A stretch of 64,000 nt of DNA from a virus. Taxonomy: Duplodnaviria > Heunggongvirae > Uroviricota > Caudoviricetes. Both the position numbers and the translations under genes were made by a program. The notes under the pieces were generated by a model. That model made no database searches and was not told where the DNA came from. It worked only from the letters and a program-made list of their open reading frames with translations. This document shows positions 45,448 to 57,312 of this stretch, one piece after another; within the stretch, counting starts at the first letter, position 1, and each line of letters starts with the position of its first letter. The stretch is taken from the IMG/VR virus record IMGVR_UViG_3300043080_000590, positions 194,386 to 258,385 of that record, one strand, 5' to 3'.

Positions 45448-48400
45448 ATGAGCGGTTCTCCAAGTGGAGTATTTAAATTAAAAAGTCAAGAAGGAAAATT
45501 AGGCTGTGGAATTCGTAGTGGAACTACTGATGCTAGTGTAGGCAATTTGCCTGTTTGGACTTGTGCAGGCTGGGACCTTTGCAATCAGTCATCATGTTGT
45601 ACTACAATGATATTAGCAATAATGTGTACAGATATATCTGGAAAATATATTACCCCAGATGAAATTTCACAAATATCTGCATATACTGCTGGTGAATATG
45701 CTGGTCGTACTATTCTTGATAAAGTTACAATGGCAAATATGGTAAATTCTGCATCAAGTTATTTTACTGCACAAGCAGCGGATGGTATAGATGAAAATAA
45801 AGTTATTACAACTCTTAGCAATAATGGTAGAATTGGTTTTTGTATTCAAACATTACCTTCAACTAATGGAAAAAATTATTGGGATGGAAGTAAAGAAGGT
45901 ACTGGACACTGGTTGGCTATTTATAAAAGAGATACTAATGGAAATTATTATTGTTATGATGGTGGTGGTAATAGTACACTTGCAGGCGGTGATATCGCCA
46001 CAAGAGCAACATTTCCAATATCTTTTTCAGCAATAAAACAAGCGATTGCAAATAGAAGTAATCAAGTATTATATATAAATCCTGCAAGTGGTAAAGGTGC
46101 TAACTTATCAGGCGGTGGTTCTGCAAGTTCAGGAAGTGGTTCTTCTAGTTCAAGCGGTGGTTCAGGTATTACTGTAAGTTCAACAAGCTATTTTTCTGAC
46201 ATATCAGACTCAGACCAATCTAAGATTAAAGCACAAATAGATGCAATGATTGCAGCAGGTGCCGCACAAGGAATAAATATGGCAGTAGAAGGAGATTCTC
46301 TTGTTGTAGATTATTCTTCACATTTAAAGGATTATGTAAAATATGCAAATGTAAAAATGTTAAAAGGATTACAATATCATCCTAATTCGTTAGGTAGATT
46401 TAACTTTAAACAAGATTACATTGTAATTATAAGGAAAAAATTATATTTCGCCGCAACAATGGCAAGTAATGAAAATTTCCTACGATTATATCAAGTTAAT
46501 AATTTTTCTGCAATAACAGTAAAAACTAGTGTTGCAGGTGAAGCCACTTGTAATATTTCATTAAAAGGTGGAGAAAAAGTAGTTTGTATAAATAGAAACG
46601 ATGAAGAAGATAAAAATTGGCAAAGTTACGAAGAATTATTAAATGGTTTGACTAATATTGATGATGAAGCTACTACTGGTGATAGTAAATGGAGAATTGG
46701 TAGTAGTGATTGGGATAGTCCAACTTCATTAGGAGTGGATTATAAAAATTTAATGAAGGCGAGAGAAGCAAAATATGGTTGGAGAATTGCAGAAAAATGT
46801 GATTGGCAACCAATGGACGAAATAACTGTTTACTCTCAATCAAGAACAAAAAGAAATGCAAGTGGACAATTTACATTTGAAAAAATATTTTTTGGATATA
46901 TAGATTCAATAAAGAAACAATTTGATAGTCAAGGTCCAATTATAACTATACAAGCAACAGACCAATTAAAATTATTAAAAAATAGTTATGTAAATAAATC
47001 TCCAAGTTTTCAACCTGGTAGATTTAATAATGGGTATTTGGATATAAGTTTTGCAACAAGTGAAACAGGATTAATAAAAATAACAGAACCATTCCAAGCA
47101 ATATTTTCGGCAGGTGAAACTTCTGAGGAAGCAATAGCACGAATAAAAACACAAAGTACATTTAGTGAAATTTTTTCAGGATTATTTCCTGATTTGATTA
47201 TTGCACAAGGTTGTCTTGCTGCTGGTATTCCTGCTTCTTATTTAGTAACAAGAATAGAGCCTGTAAAAGTTATTCCTTATATTTTCAAATTAACTGATGG
47301 TGTAAATTATCAATCATCAGAATTTAAATCAAGATTAGACTATTGTCAAGAGATAGCAGAATTATGTCTTATGGAATTTTTCCAAGATGAAGAAGGAAAT
47401 ATTGTGTTTAAAATACCAAGTTATGTTTTAGGAGCTAACAATTTAACAGCTAACAATATGGGGTATGAATTAAACGTAGAAGTTTTAAGAGAAAATAATT
47501 TTGCACCATTTGATAAAAGTTATGCAATATCTTTAGAAAGAATACAAGAAGGATTAAAATATTGTAAGATGTTAGTATATACTTGTGAAAACAATGAAAC
47601 ATTAAGAACTATTTCATTAGCCTTATATGGTAGTGATTTGTATTCAAGTGAAATAAAATATCTAAATGTTGGTACTTGTCAAGGATATGGAATAAATGAT
47701 ACGTTACCTAGTGGTACACAATTATTGTTAATAAAATACGATATATCAGACAAAGAGGCAAGAGATGAATATTTAGAAACAATATCAAATACAAGGGTTA
47801 TGTCTTATGCAACTGCATTATATAATCAACAATCAGGAATAAGTAGTATGGATAATTATTCAGGATTAACAATGTCTATGATGACTGATGCTTTAATTCC
47901 TGAAACTCCACCAGAGGAAATAGTAAGTTTTACATTATCTGATACTGATAAAGAAGTTTATAATAGTATTGAAGTAAATGGTATAACATATATGGGTGTG
48001 TATGAAGGTGATGAAAAAACTGCAATAAAAAGAACAGTTCCAGATTATGAAAGTATAATGAGATTTGGCGTAAGAGTTGCACCAAGCGTAACGTCACCAT
48101 TGATATATAGAGATGATAATTGTGAATTATTTGGTCACTGTTTATTAGCGAAATCAGCAGCAGGCAGATTCACTGCAACAGTATCAATGATAGAAAATCC
48201 TGATATAAGGATAGGAAATCCTATTAGATTGTTTACTTATGATGAACATCCTAATATGGAAACTGGTATATGGAGTACAGAAACATATCCTGCACAAAGT
48301 GTTTATTATATAAACTCTATAAGTAGAAGTATTAAAACTGATGGAGTTTCTACAATGACATTAGATTTAGTTGCTGGTAGAGTAATGGGAGAAGAAAGTA

Positions 48401-49125
48401 TATATGATAAACTATTTGTTGCGTATAGAGGATTTTATGAAGAACCAAATATAACAGACCCTGAAATTCTTGCTTATGCTAAAAGTAAATATCAATCAAG
48501 TTGGGATGAAATACAATCAGGCTATGGTAGTGTTTCTATAAATAATGATAGTAGTGATAGCGGTAGTAGTGATAGTGATGATGATATTGGTGACGGTAGC
48601 TTCCCAGCTGATGGTCCAATTGCATTTAGTGGTTCAACTAACGAGGTAACAGGTAAAACAATCCAAGTTCCTAACGATGGATATATTGGTAGTCAAATGG
48701 TAATTGAAAAATATAGTAGCGTAAATGCTTTGGAACATAGTACACGTCAATGGAAAATATTAGAAGCGTCTGGTAGACATTTTGATAGCGATGGCTTCCT
48801 CAGAGTAGATGGGCGTTATGCTTTAGCGTTAAGTTGTAAATTTGGAAGACCTGGTGATAAAGTTAAAGTTGAGTTTCGTAATGGTCAAACTTTCTTAGGA
48901 TTGTTTGTTGATTCGAAAAACAATCCTAGTGAAGTTGAATATAAAAACACTTGGGGACACCTGGATGGAAAACAAACATTGGAGTTTATTGTAAAAGATA
49001 GTGAATTTATAATATCAGAAGGCGTATATAAAAAAGATGTTGCACAATGTCATCCTGAATGGGCAAATACAACAGTTAAGCAAATTACAAATCAAGGTCC
49101 ATGGAGTTATACGCCTAAATCTTAA
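45448..49125 (+). CDS. Baseplate hub-like protein 1: C39-like peptidase, conserved hub core with LysM-like insert, C-terminal putative DPBB-like lytic domain
   Basis: QSSCCTT...GHWLAI...YD; core IFFGYI..I.K.F...ITIQA.DQ, MEFFQDEEGNIVFKIP, ENPDI..GNP, YYI.SISR...STMTL; C-terminal DGRYALAL..FG..GD.V.V.F. Confidence 0.65.
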   Translation: MSGSPSGVFKLKSQEGKLGCGIRSGTTDASVGNLPVWTCAGWDLCNQSSCCTTMILAIMCTDISGKYITPDEISQISAYTAGEYAGRTILDKVTMANMVNSASSYFTAQAADGIDENKVITTLSNNGRIGFCIQTLPSTNGKNYWDGSKEGTGHWLAIYKRDTNGNYYCYDGGGNSTLAGGDIATRATFPISFSAIKQAIANRSNQVLYINPASGKGANLSGGGSASSGSGSSSSSGGSGITVSSTSYFSDISDSDQSKIKAQIDAMIAAGAAQGINMAVEGDSLVVDYSSHLKDYVKYANVKMLKGLQYHPNSLGRFNFKQDYIVIIRKKLYFAATMASNENFLRLYQVNNFSAITVKTSVAGEATCNISLKGGEKVVCINRNDEEDKNWQSYEELLNGLTNIDDEATTGDSKWRIGSSDWDSPTSLGVDYKNLMKAREAKYGWRIAEKCDWQPMDEITVYSQSRTKRNASGQFTFEKIFFGYIDSIKKQFDSQGPIITIQATDQLKLLKNSYVNKSPSFQPGRFNNGYLDISFATSETGLIKITEPFQAIFSAGETSEEAIARIKTQSTFSEIFSGLFPDLIIAQGCLAAGIPASYLVTRIEPVKVIPYIFKLTDGVNYQSSEFKSRLDYCQEIAELCLMEFFQDEEGNIVFKIPSYVLGANNLTANNMGYELNVEVLRENNFAPFDKSYAISLERIQEGLKYCKMLVYTCENNETLRTISLALYGSDLYSSEIKYLNVGTCQGYGINDTLPSGTQLLLIKYDISDKEARDEYLETISNTRVMSYATALYNQQSGISSMDNYSGLTMSMMTDALIPETPPEEIVSFTLSDTDKEVYNSIEVNGITYMGVYEGDEKTAIKRTVPDYESIMRFGVRVAPSVTSPLIYRDDNCELFGHCLLAKSAAGRFTATVSMIENPDIRIGNPIRLFTYDEHPNMETGIWSTETYPAQSVYYINSISRSIKTDGVSTMTLDLVAGRVMGEESIYDKLFVAYRGFYEEPNITDPEILAYAKSKYQSSWDEIQSGYGSVSINNDSSDSGSSDSDDDIGDGSFPADGPIAFSGSTNEVTGKTIQVPNDGYIGSQMVIEKYSSVNALEHSTRQWKILEASGRHFDSDGFLRVDGRYALALSCKFGRPGDKVKVEFRNGQTFLGLFVDSKNNPSEVEYKNTWGHLDGKQTLEFIVKDSEFIISEGVYKKDVAQCHPEWANTTVKQITNQGPWSYTPKS

Positions 49126-49136
49126 ATAAATAGTTT

Positions 49137-49172
49137 AAATAAGGGGAAGATTAAATATTTTTCCCTTATTTT
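49137..49172 (+). terminator. Rho-independent terminator
   Basis: AAATAAGGG / CCCTTATTT stem. Confidence 0.6.
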
Positions 49173-49272
49173 ATTTTAAAAACATAGTATATTCCTATTG
49201 TTAAAGAAAAAAGAAAATATATAATTATTAGAAAATAAAATAATGATTAAAAGAAATGGAGGTGTAATTGGT

Positions 49273-52200
49273 TTGGATGGAACAATACTTGCTAATTTGC
49301 AAGAAGCTATAACAAGTAATGATTTTCTTACTTCTCAAAAAAAATTAGTTGATGATACTTATAAAAATGATATATCATACTTATCTTCTGCACAAGAAGC
49401 TTCTGATGCGTATATGGCAATGAAACAAAGAATACCTATGGTATTAGAGTATTATGTAACACCGTATGAAATTCATACAGTTGAAATGTACATAAATCCT
49501 AATAAGATAAATATGAAACATCAAAAGATTACGTCTAAAACAGTTACTCGTGGTGGTATATTCTTTCATCATTATGGTGAAGATATTCCTGTTATGACTA
49601 TTTCAGGTAATACTGGTTTATCAGGTATGAGTGGTATTGCAGAATTAGAGAAAATATTTAATTATTCAGGTACGCTTTTAAGATATCAAAATGTAGGTAT
49701 AAATAAAATATATAATGGCGATAGCGAACCTTTACAAATATTATATTTAGATGATGCTGTTGAGTATTATGATAAAATAGTTGCTTCAAGTACTTCACTT
49801 GAAGATATACAAAATGCAAGTAATCAACTTACAGGTTTGTTAAGTTCAAGTTCAGAAAGAACAACTTTAACAACAGAAAAAGCTGCTGAGTTAGTAAATC
49901 TTGAACTTTCTTCTTTATATTCAACTTTAAGTTTAAATCTTGCCTGTACAACAATACAAACTATTATTGCAAAGGTTAATGATGAAATAGCAACTATGTT
50001 AAGTAAAAATCAACAAGTAACATTTGCTACTGTATATAAATTAACTCAAACACAAGTTAAAAATTCTTCATTATCAAATGGTAAAATGCTGACAGCTTCA
50101 ATACCATTTCCATCAAGTTCAGAATGGTCAACTAATAAAGCAGAAGTTTTAGAAGAAATTTCAGAATATTTAGATGATATTAAGGATGCTTATGATGTGG
50201 ATGACACTGATGATATTACATATACTATGGTTAGTAATTATTTAAGTACATATCAAGAAACTGAAACTTATGATGTTTCTGAAATTGCATTTCAAATAGC
50301 AATAGAAATTTATAATTCTAACGTTGAATCATTAAATGGCACAGCTACTACGACAGAAACAGAAGATACAACAACATCTGCTACTGTTGAAAATGGTTTT
50401 GACAAGGATTTATATGTATGTGTAAGTGAAAGTGCTTATTTATATTCTGAACCTAAATTTACTGCTACTAAAATAGCACAATTATATCGTGGTGGTGAAG
50501 TAACAGTAAATCACGTAGATTCACCAGGAGCTTGGGGAATGGTTTCATATTACGAGGGTGGATATATAGCACTTGAAAATGGTGCAGAAGAAGATATCAA
50601 CCAATATACTATTACAGAAGAAGGAATACAAATGTATCGCTGGAATGGAATTGGTGATATGGATAAAATAACACAAGAGATAATGGAAAAAACTGCCGAA
50701 GGTAAAACATATTCAGAAATAACAAATCCATCAACTGATGATAGTTCAAATAACAATAATAATAACAATACAACATCTTCAACATATTCACTATTAGGTT
50801 TTGGAATGAATAAAAGTAGTAGTTCTACTTCTGTAAAAACAGTGAGTTCTTCTTCCATATTAGAGTTTAACAATATAAAATATGATACAGATTATTATGT
50901 ATATCTTGCAATAAATCCTACTACAAATATTAATAACGTAAATTTGGATTTTATATCTTATAGTACGTCAAAAGAAGTATACGGTAAGGATTTAACTAAA
51001 AAAAGTGATGGAGTGTATACAGTTAAAGTAAGTTTTAAAGATAAGTCATCTTCAAAAAACTATGGTTCGATTTATGGTATTCAATTATATATAAATGGGG
51101 AACTTGTAAAATCAATAAATAGTTTTTATACAGGGAATAAAGAAGATAAAATATTTGCAAAAATTAATTTTGATACAGATACAGCTAGTTCTATATCTTA
51201 TAATTCTTATGACCCAAGTATGGCAAAATCTATAAATAAAACAAGAAACATTTCTTTAAATAATGAAGAAAATAACGATGAAGATGTAACTATTAACTAT
51301 GACAATATAATTGATGAAAACAATATTGAAGCTTTTTCATCAGAAGATATTGCAAATATGCCAGTAATGTCAACTTCAAATGTAACAGTAGAAGGTTTAT
51401 CTACTAATGCAGATTGTATTTATTATTCATTTAATAGTTATAAAATGTCAAATAATATAGAATATAGTTCTGCTGATGCTGACTGGTTTGCTGGATTTAA
51501 GGGTATAACTAGCGAGTCTGAATATCGTATTCTTACCGATGGTTATGATGTAGAATTTTATATATATGTTAATGATATTGCAGAGAGTAATCTTACTGGT
51601 CTTTGTGTTGTTAAAGTCTATAAAGGATTAAGTGATACTTCTAATAAATCAAAATATGTATATGAAATAAAAGATATATTAACTACTAAATCAGATATCA
51701 TAGATGATAGTTATTTTGATTATACATATAGTCACAATGATGTATCATCAGTATATGGTAGTTGTGAAGAATTAATTATTTATCCTATAATAAATAATGT
51801 TATTAAACCAGACCAAGGTGCGGTTAGTGTTCAATTTACAACAACAGCAAAATCTAGTTTAAGTATTAGCAAAATAATTAAGAACGCATATTTTGTCAAT
51901 GAATCAGGCGATACTTCAAAAAGTATTACTGCAATAAGAAATAAATATGGTAATTCCGATACTACTTATACAATAACTGTTGAAACGTTAGTAAATGTAA
52001 GTAAGATAGAGTTATCTACAAATTTTGATAATACTAGTGTAAATTCACAATCAATGAACGCTTCAAAAGCTGTTTGGTATAGAAGTAATTCCACCAGTTC
52101 CAATCCTTTAAGTTGCCCTTATTATAGATTTAGTGGTATTAAATATAAATTCAATGACCCAACAACAGGTAGTAGAACATTACATATTAAAGCAACATTA

Positions 52201-55200
52201 GAAAATGGTAAAGAAATAACTGATACTTATGATAATTTATCTGTTTATTTAACTAATAAATCAGGTACTACATCAGATAATGCAGACGATTATATTACAA
52301 GTTTTGAGTTTTATGACGATAGCGATTATGATACTGTATTAAGTTATTCTCGTATAAAATATGGCGAATATTTATACATAAAAGTAATAACAACAAGTGA
52401 TGTTACAAAAATTAGATTTAAATCTGATACTATTTCAAGTATTAATAATCAAACTGTTACAAGTTATAAAACGACAACAGGGTCTAAAAGGTATTTTACA
52501 TATAAAATTAAGCTTACTTGTAGTACGGGTGTTACCCATACAATAAAAGTACAACCATATATAGACGATGAAGAAGCTTGGGTAAGCGATTATCTTTCAA
52601 ATTGTATAAAAGTAACAGCTTCGTCTACTGATGATGACGATGATGATGACGATGATGATACTAGTTATATAACATCTTCTGATTACATTATTTCTACAAG
52701 TGTAACAAAAAATACCACTAAGAAAATTACCGCTACAATAAAAACCACTGATGATATAACAAAAGTACTTTTATATACTTATGCTGCTGGCGATTCCGAT
52801 ATAGTAGATGAAGTATATAGTTCAACAAGTAGTTATAATACATTTAAAGTTAGTTATACAATGAAAAAAACAGGATATTTATTCTTAAAATATTATGTTT
52901 CTGGTAGTGGTTGGAGACCTAGTAGTAAATACTATCGAATAGGTAAGGTAAGTTGTTCATCTTCAAGTAGTTCATCTGATGATGACGATGATGACGATAG
53001 TATTAGTTCAACTGAAAGTAATACTTATATAAAAAGTGTCACATTTAATAAAAGCAAGGTAACAAAAAACAGTTCTTTTACTTCTACTATTGTAACAACA
53101 GACGAGGTTACAAAAGTAAGAGTCCGTATGGCTGATTCAAGTGATTCAACAACAAAATCTACTACTTATTCTTCAACAAGTACAAGAAATACTTTTAAGG
53201 TAAATTATACTGCTTCAAAAACAGGCTATGTATATATTAAGTTTTATATTGACGGTGAAGGTTGGTATGATAAATATTATAAAGCAGGAAAAATAACTGT
53301 TAGTTCTTCAAGTAGTAGTTCTAGTTCATCAAGTTCATCAAATAGTAGTTATATTGATTATGATAGTGTTGATGATTATATTGAAGAAATTACTGTTAGT
53401 GGTATGGTTAGTGGAAAAATAAAAACAGGAAGTACTCCAACCATAACTGTTACAACAACAGATGAAGTAGATAAAATTAGAATATCTAAAAGTTGGGATA
53501 GTAAAACTAAAGTTATTTCAAGTTATGAAGAAGATGATGATACAAGAATATTTTCAAAAGCTTATCCAGAAATGTCAGAATCAGGCACGCAATATATATA
53601 TGTTGAATTATATGTTGATGGTGAATGGTTGGATGATACAGCTATTATAAAAGCATATGTAAATAAAAATGTTGTTAGTACTTCTGATATAACAGCAAGC
53701 GATGAATTATTAAGTGTAAAATTAAGTCCTACAACAACTCTTATTGGTGAAAAGGTTACAATATCATTTAAAGCACAGCCAGAAGTAACTAAAATAAAAA
53801 TAACAGATAAAACAACAGGAACAGATATAACAACACTAAAACAATCTTCTAATGGTACATTGGCAAGTACTGGTGTATATACATATAGTACAACTACATC
53901 ATTTTCAAAAATAGGAACACATCGAATAGCATTAACTCCTTATGTTGATGATGGGTTCTTATCAACTTCAATTACCAAAGAGGTTTTAATTACTGATGTA
54001 TCTAGTAGTACAACAACAGATACTAGTACTTCTACTACTGAAACAACAACGTCAGAAATGAAGTTTACAAAAGCAGGAGTTACTTCAAAAGGCACATTTA
54101 CATCTTGTTGGTATAAAATAGATGGAGATTATTATATATTTAGACATTACAACCCTACTGAATCAAGTAGCGATAATGTTTTTGTTGCAGTTAAAAGTGG
54201 ACAATGGAAAATGGCTGAAAATGCTTCAAATAAAATGAACCAATTGACACACTGGTATGCAAAAGATAGAATACCTGTTTATTGTACTGTAAATTATACA
54301 TCAGATACTATTGATAGTAAAAGTGATTTAGTTTCTGTTAATACATACATTGAAAAAGGTGACACTTTTGTTACAAATAATCATGTTACATTATCTGACG
54401 ATACAATACATAATAGTAATAACACACAAATATGGTATAGAGTGTACTTTACCGATAATACTAGTTTTACTTCAAGCACCTATTCTTCATTTGGTACAGG
54501 TACTACAACTGCACAATTTAGTAGTGATGACACTTCAACAAAATATAAAGGTAGTACAACTACAACAGAAGATACTTCTTCTGATACAACAACTGAAACA
54601 ACAACATCTTCAAATTCAAACTCAACTACCACCTCAGAAACTACTACCGATGGAGATACTACTACTGCTCCAACAGCAGATGATATGAAGAATTATTATG
54701 AACTTAATCTTTCTTCAAGTTCAACTCTTGATACAACAGGAGAATATTTGCAACGTTCAACAAGTTATTGGATTCCTATGTATAAAACAGACGGTTCAAA
54801 ATATATGTCAGATTCAGAAGTATATAATACATTAGTAAAGGATTATGTAAAATTATATACAGTTGTAAGCGAAGTAGCATATTTATATTTTGGACCTGAT
54901 GAAAAATATGGTAAGGTTTCCAGTACTCCATTAACAGTAAATAGTAAATTTACCTGTTGTGAATTAAGTAATGATAGACTTTGGGCAAAACAGGTTATTG
55001 CCACTTCAAAAATAGATGATACTGATTATTTAAAAGAAAATGGTTATGCAGAATATCCAGGTTGGACTAAAGTAGAATGGTTGGAAGAAGGCTATACAGG
55101 ACCAATTTCAATATTAGAATCTGAATTGAATAGTGAAAATGATGAAAATTCTTTGACCAATTTAATAACAAATAACAACATTACAACAGCTATTTCTGAT

Positions 55201-57294
55201 ACAAACATTGAAGCTGCTACGGATTTGGAAAAAGCATTAATAGGTATACGAGAATGGAATAAAGCAAGTGTTGTAAAAAGATATGAAGTTGAAAGTGGCT
55301 TTGCTGATATTGCCGATGAATTAACTGATGAATGGAGACCAAGACTTGTTTATATTTATTTTGAAGATAGAGTTTATTTAGGACATTTTGAGAGTTTTAC
55401 TTATGATAGAGTGGCTGAAACTGAAAATATCAGTTATACAATGGTATTTAATATTCATAGAATAGTTTCTGTTACATCAATTAGTCCTAATAGATTTGAA
55501 CAACAAAAGCAATTGGGATTGTTTGGATTTACTCCTGATGAAGATAGTACATCAGATAGTGCAAGTGTAAGCGATTATCAAACAGAATTTGAAGCAGGAA
55601 ATGATTTACCATTAAAAGTAGAAATATTAAGAACAAGATGTACTTATTATAGAGAGGCAAGAATGGCAGCGTATAATGGCATAGAAATGACAGAAGAAAG
55701 AAAAACAGAAATACATAATTGGGCTGTTTCATTAAGAGCAGCAAGTATGTATGGTGGCATACAACAAATAACAGAGTCTACTCCTATATATGGCAATGTT
55801 GAAGGTTTTGATGGTACTTTTGATGGTTCTGATAGTTTTTATCCTATATATTTATATTTTATGCAATTGCAATATGCACAAGAAGAAACTATTAGTTCTG
55901 AAAAATATGTACTTCCATATGACAAGCCATTACCTTATTCTTGGACAACTGATGAAGGTTTTACTATGGCACAAACAGCATTAAATTTAACAACAAGAAT
56001 AGATGGTACTCCTGTAACAAAAGCTATGCTACAACAAAATGAATCAGCTCCTTTTAACTTTTTAAATAAATATGATGAAATTTCTGAAATAGAATTATTA
56101 AGAGCAAGAGAAATTTGGGAAGCAGAACGTGGAACTTACGTAAAAATGAGAAAAGATGAAATATGTGGACACGCTGGCAGATTACTTTGTTCAACAGGTG
56201 CAAGGTTCTATATAAATGGTAACTATCAAAAACTTTTAGAGTATTATAGTTATCAAATGGAAAATGAAGGTATTGCTGGTAATTCTGCATTAGTAAGTGG
56301 AGATATTGATTCTATTATAGTTGATGAAAATACATTAAGAGATATTTTTACAACAGAAGAATTTGTAACAATAAGAAGTGAATTAAAAGACTTTTTATTG
56401 AAACTTGAAAAAGATTCATCAGGTAATGCAATTACAGAAGATAATGTAGAAGATTATATTGGTCAAAATAGAACAGTATCAAGTTGTAAAGATTGGATGA
56501 CAGCAGAACAATATGATAAGTTATATCAAACTTATTATAGACAATATCTTTGGAAAACATATTCTTCTTTATTAAAAGAAACTAGTGATAAAAAAGTAGG
56601 TACTTATATATTTGTAAGTACATTGAAAAGTATTCTTACTGAAAGTGAACTTGAAACATTTAAGAAATGCACAAAAGAATATAGTGAAGAAATATATAAT
56701 AATTGTTTTGGAAAAGATGCTAAAGATACAAACTCTTTAACATTTAATTGTATATATTATATTTTAATAAACAATACTGATATAACTACTAAGATATTAA
56801 AATATGGCAGTACTTATAATTATTCTACGGAAGAAGCGGCAGAAGTAGCAATGAATACTACAGCTGCTAATATGACAGCAAGCGGAAGTACTATGGCAAA
56901 AGAAATACTTGCTCTTAAAGAAGTATTACCTACACTTTCTTATTCTAAGAACACAACAACATCATCATTGCTTAAAGCACTTAATGCTCGTGATAGTAGT
57001 ATCGCACCTAATATAAAACTTACACAAATTATATTTACTGATAATTCAGAATATTATGAAGAAGATAACACTTATTGGTTTGCAGGTACTTTTAAATTTA
57101 CATATGCAAATTATCAAGCAGAACAAAGTGCTGATTTCTCTGTTGGTGTATTAAAAGAAAAAACTACAACAGATGAAGATACCGATGATACAGATAGTGA
57201 AAACTCAGATTCAAACACAGACGATAAAGATAAGACAGATACAGATGATAAGAATAAAACCGATACAGATGATGGTTCAGAAAAGGGCGATTAA
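49273..57294 (+). CDS. Giant baseplate/tube-initiator-like protein with SH3b-like and Ig-like inserts
   Basis: MYINP...TRGG....YGED...I.GNTG near the N-terminus and VYIYFEDRVYLGHFESF.Y...E....YTMVF about 1900 aa later; TTG 49273 after GGAGGTG (ORF track 49243). Confidence 0.55.
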   Translation: MDGTILANLQEAITSNDFLTSQKKLVDDTYKNDISYLSSAQEASDAYMAMKQRIPMVLEYYVTPYEIHTVEMYINPNKINMKHQKITSKTVTRGGIFFHHYGEDIPVMTISGNTGLSGMSGIAELEKIFNYSGTLLRYQNVGINKIYNGDSEPLQILYLDDAVEYYDKIVASSTSLEDIQNASNQLTGLLSSSSERTTLTTEKAAELVNLELSSLYSTLSLNLACTTIQTIIAKVNDEIATMLSKNQQVTFATVYKLTQTQVKNSSLSNGKMLTASIPFPSSSEWSTNKAEVLEEISEYLDDIKDAYDVDDTDDITYTMVSNYLSTYQETETYDVSEIAFQIAIEIYNSNVESLNGTATTTETEDTTTSATVENGFDKDLYVCVSESAYLYSEPKFTATKIAQLYRGGEVTVNHVDSPGAWGMVSYYEGGYIALENGAEEDINQYTITEEGIQMYRWNGIGDMDKITQEIMEKTAEGKTYSEITNPSTDDSSNNNNNNNTTSSTYSLLGFGMNKSSSSTSVKTVSSSSILEFNNIKYDTDYYVYLAINPTTNINNVNLDFISYSTSKEVYGKDLTKKSDGVYTVKVSFKDKSSSKNYGSIYGIQLYINGELVKSINSFYTGNKEDKIFAKINFDTDTASSISYNSYDPSMAKSINKTRNISLNNEENNDEDVTINYDNIIDENNIEAFSSEDIANMPVMSTSNVTVEGLSTNADCIYYSFNSYKMSNNIEYSSADADWFAGFKGITSESEYRILTDGYDVEFYIYVNDIAESNLTGLCVVKVYKGLSDTSNKSKYVYEIKDILTTKSDIIDDSYFDYTYSHNDVSSVYGSCEELIIYPIINNVIKPDQGAVSVQFTTTAKSSLSISKIIKNAYFVNESGDTSKSITAIRNKYGNSDTTYTITVETLVNVSKIELSTNFDNTSVNSQSMNASKAVWYRSNSTSSNPLSCPYYRFSGIKYKFNDPTTGSRTLHIKATLENGKEITDTYDNLSVYLTNKSGTTSDNADDYITSFEFYDDSDYDTVLSYSRIKYGEYLYIKVITTSDVTKIRFKSDTISSINNQTVTSYKTTTGSKRYFTYKIKLTCSTGVTHTIKVQPYIDDEEAWVSDYLSNCIKVTASSTDDDDDDDDDDTSYITSSDYIISTSVTKNTTKKITATIKTTDDITKVLLYTYAAGDSDIVDEVYSSTSSYNTFKVSYTMKKTGYLFLKYYVSGSGWRPSSKYYRIGKVSCSSSSSSSDDDDDDDSISSTESNTYIKSVTFNKSKVTKNSSFTSTIVTTDEVTKVRVRMADSSDSTTKSTTYSSTSTRNTFKVNYTASKTGYVYIKFYIDGEGWYDKYYKAGKITVSSSSSSSSSSSSSNSSYIDYDSVDDYIEEITVSGMVSGKIKTGSTPTITVTTTDEVDKIRISKSWDSKTKVISSYEEDDDTRIFSKAYPEMSESGTQYIYVELYVDGEWLDDTAIIKAYVNKNVVSTSDITASDELLSVKLSPTTTLIGEKVTISFKAQPEVTKIKITDKTTGTDITTLKQSSNGTLASTGVYTYSTTTSFSKIGTHRIALTPYVDDGFLSTSITKEVLITDVSSSTTTDTSTSTTETTTSEMKFTKAGVTSKGTFTSCWYKIDGDYYIFRHYNPTESSSDNVFVAVKSGQWKMAENASNKMNQLTHWYAKDRIPVYCTVNYTSDTIDSKSDLVSVNTYIEKGDTFVTNNHVTLSDDTIHNSNNTQIWYRVYFTDNTSFTSSTYSSFGTGTTTAQFSSDDTSTKYKGSTTTTEDTSSDTTTETTTSSNSNSTTTSETTTDGDTTTAPTADDMKNYYELNLSSSSTLDTTGEYLQRSTSYWIPMYKTDGSKYMSDSEVYNTLVKDYVKLYTVVSEVAYLYFGPDEKYGKVSSTPLTVNSKFTCCELSNDRLWAKQVIATSKIDDTDYLKENGYAEYPGWTKVEWLEEGYTGPISILESELNSENDENSLTNLITNNNITTAISDTNIEAATDLEKALIGIREWNKASVVKRYEVESGFADIADELTDEWRPRLVYIYFEDRVYLGHFESFTYDRVAETENISYTMVFNIHRIVSVTSISPNRFEQQKQLGLFGFTPDEDSTSDSASVSDYQTEFEAGNDLPLKVEILRTRCTYYREARMAAYNGIEMTEERKTEIHNWAVSLRAASMYGGIQQITESTPIYGNVEGFDGTFDGSDSFYPIYLYFMQLQYAQEETISSEKYVLPYDKPLPYSWTTDEGFTMAQTALNLTTRIDGTPVTKAMLQQNESAPFNFLNKYDEISEIELLRAREIWEAERGTYVKMRKDEICGHAGRLLCSTGARFYINGNYQKLLEYYSYQMENEGIAGNSALVSGDIDSIIVDENTLRDIFTTEEFVTIRSELKDFLLKLEKDSSGNAITEDNVEDYIGQNRTVSSCKDWMTAEQYDKLYQTYYRQYLWKTYSSLLKETSDKKVGTYIFVSTLKSILTESELETFKKCTKEYSEEIYNNCFGKDAKDTNSLTFNCIYYILINNTDITTKILKYGSTYNYSTEEAAEVAMNTTAANMTASGSTMAKEILALKEVLPTLSYSKNTTTSSLLKALNARDSSIAPNIKLTQIIFTDNSEYYEEDNTYWFAGTFKFTYANYQAEQSADFSVGVLKEKTTTDEDTDDTDSENSDSNTDDKDKTDTDDKNKTDTDDGSEKGD

Positions 57295-57312
57295 TATTTA
57301 CTAATTTTTATG

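Noticed and set aside
52620..53345. GAT/AGT/TCA trinucleotide runs as regulatory repeats
   Set aside because: Imperfect and in frame; they encode poly-D/poly-S linkers
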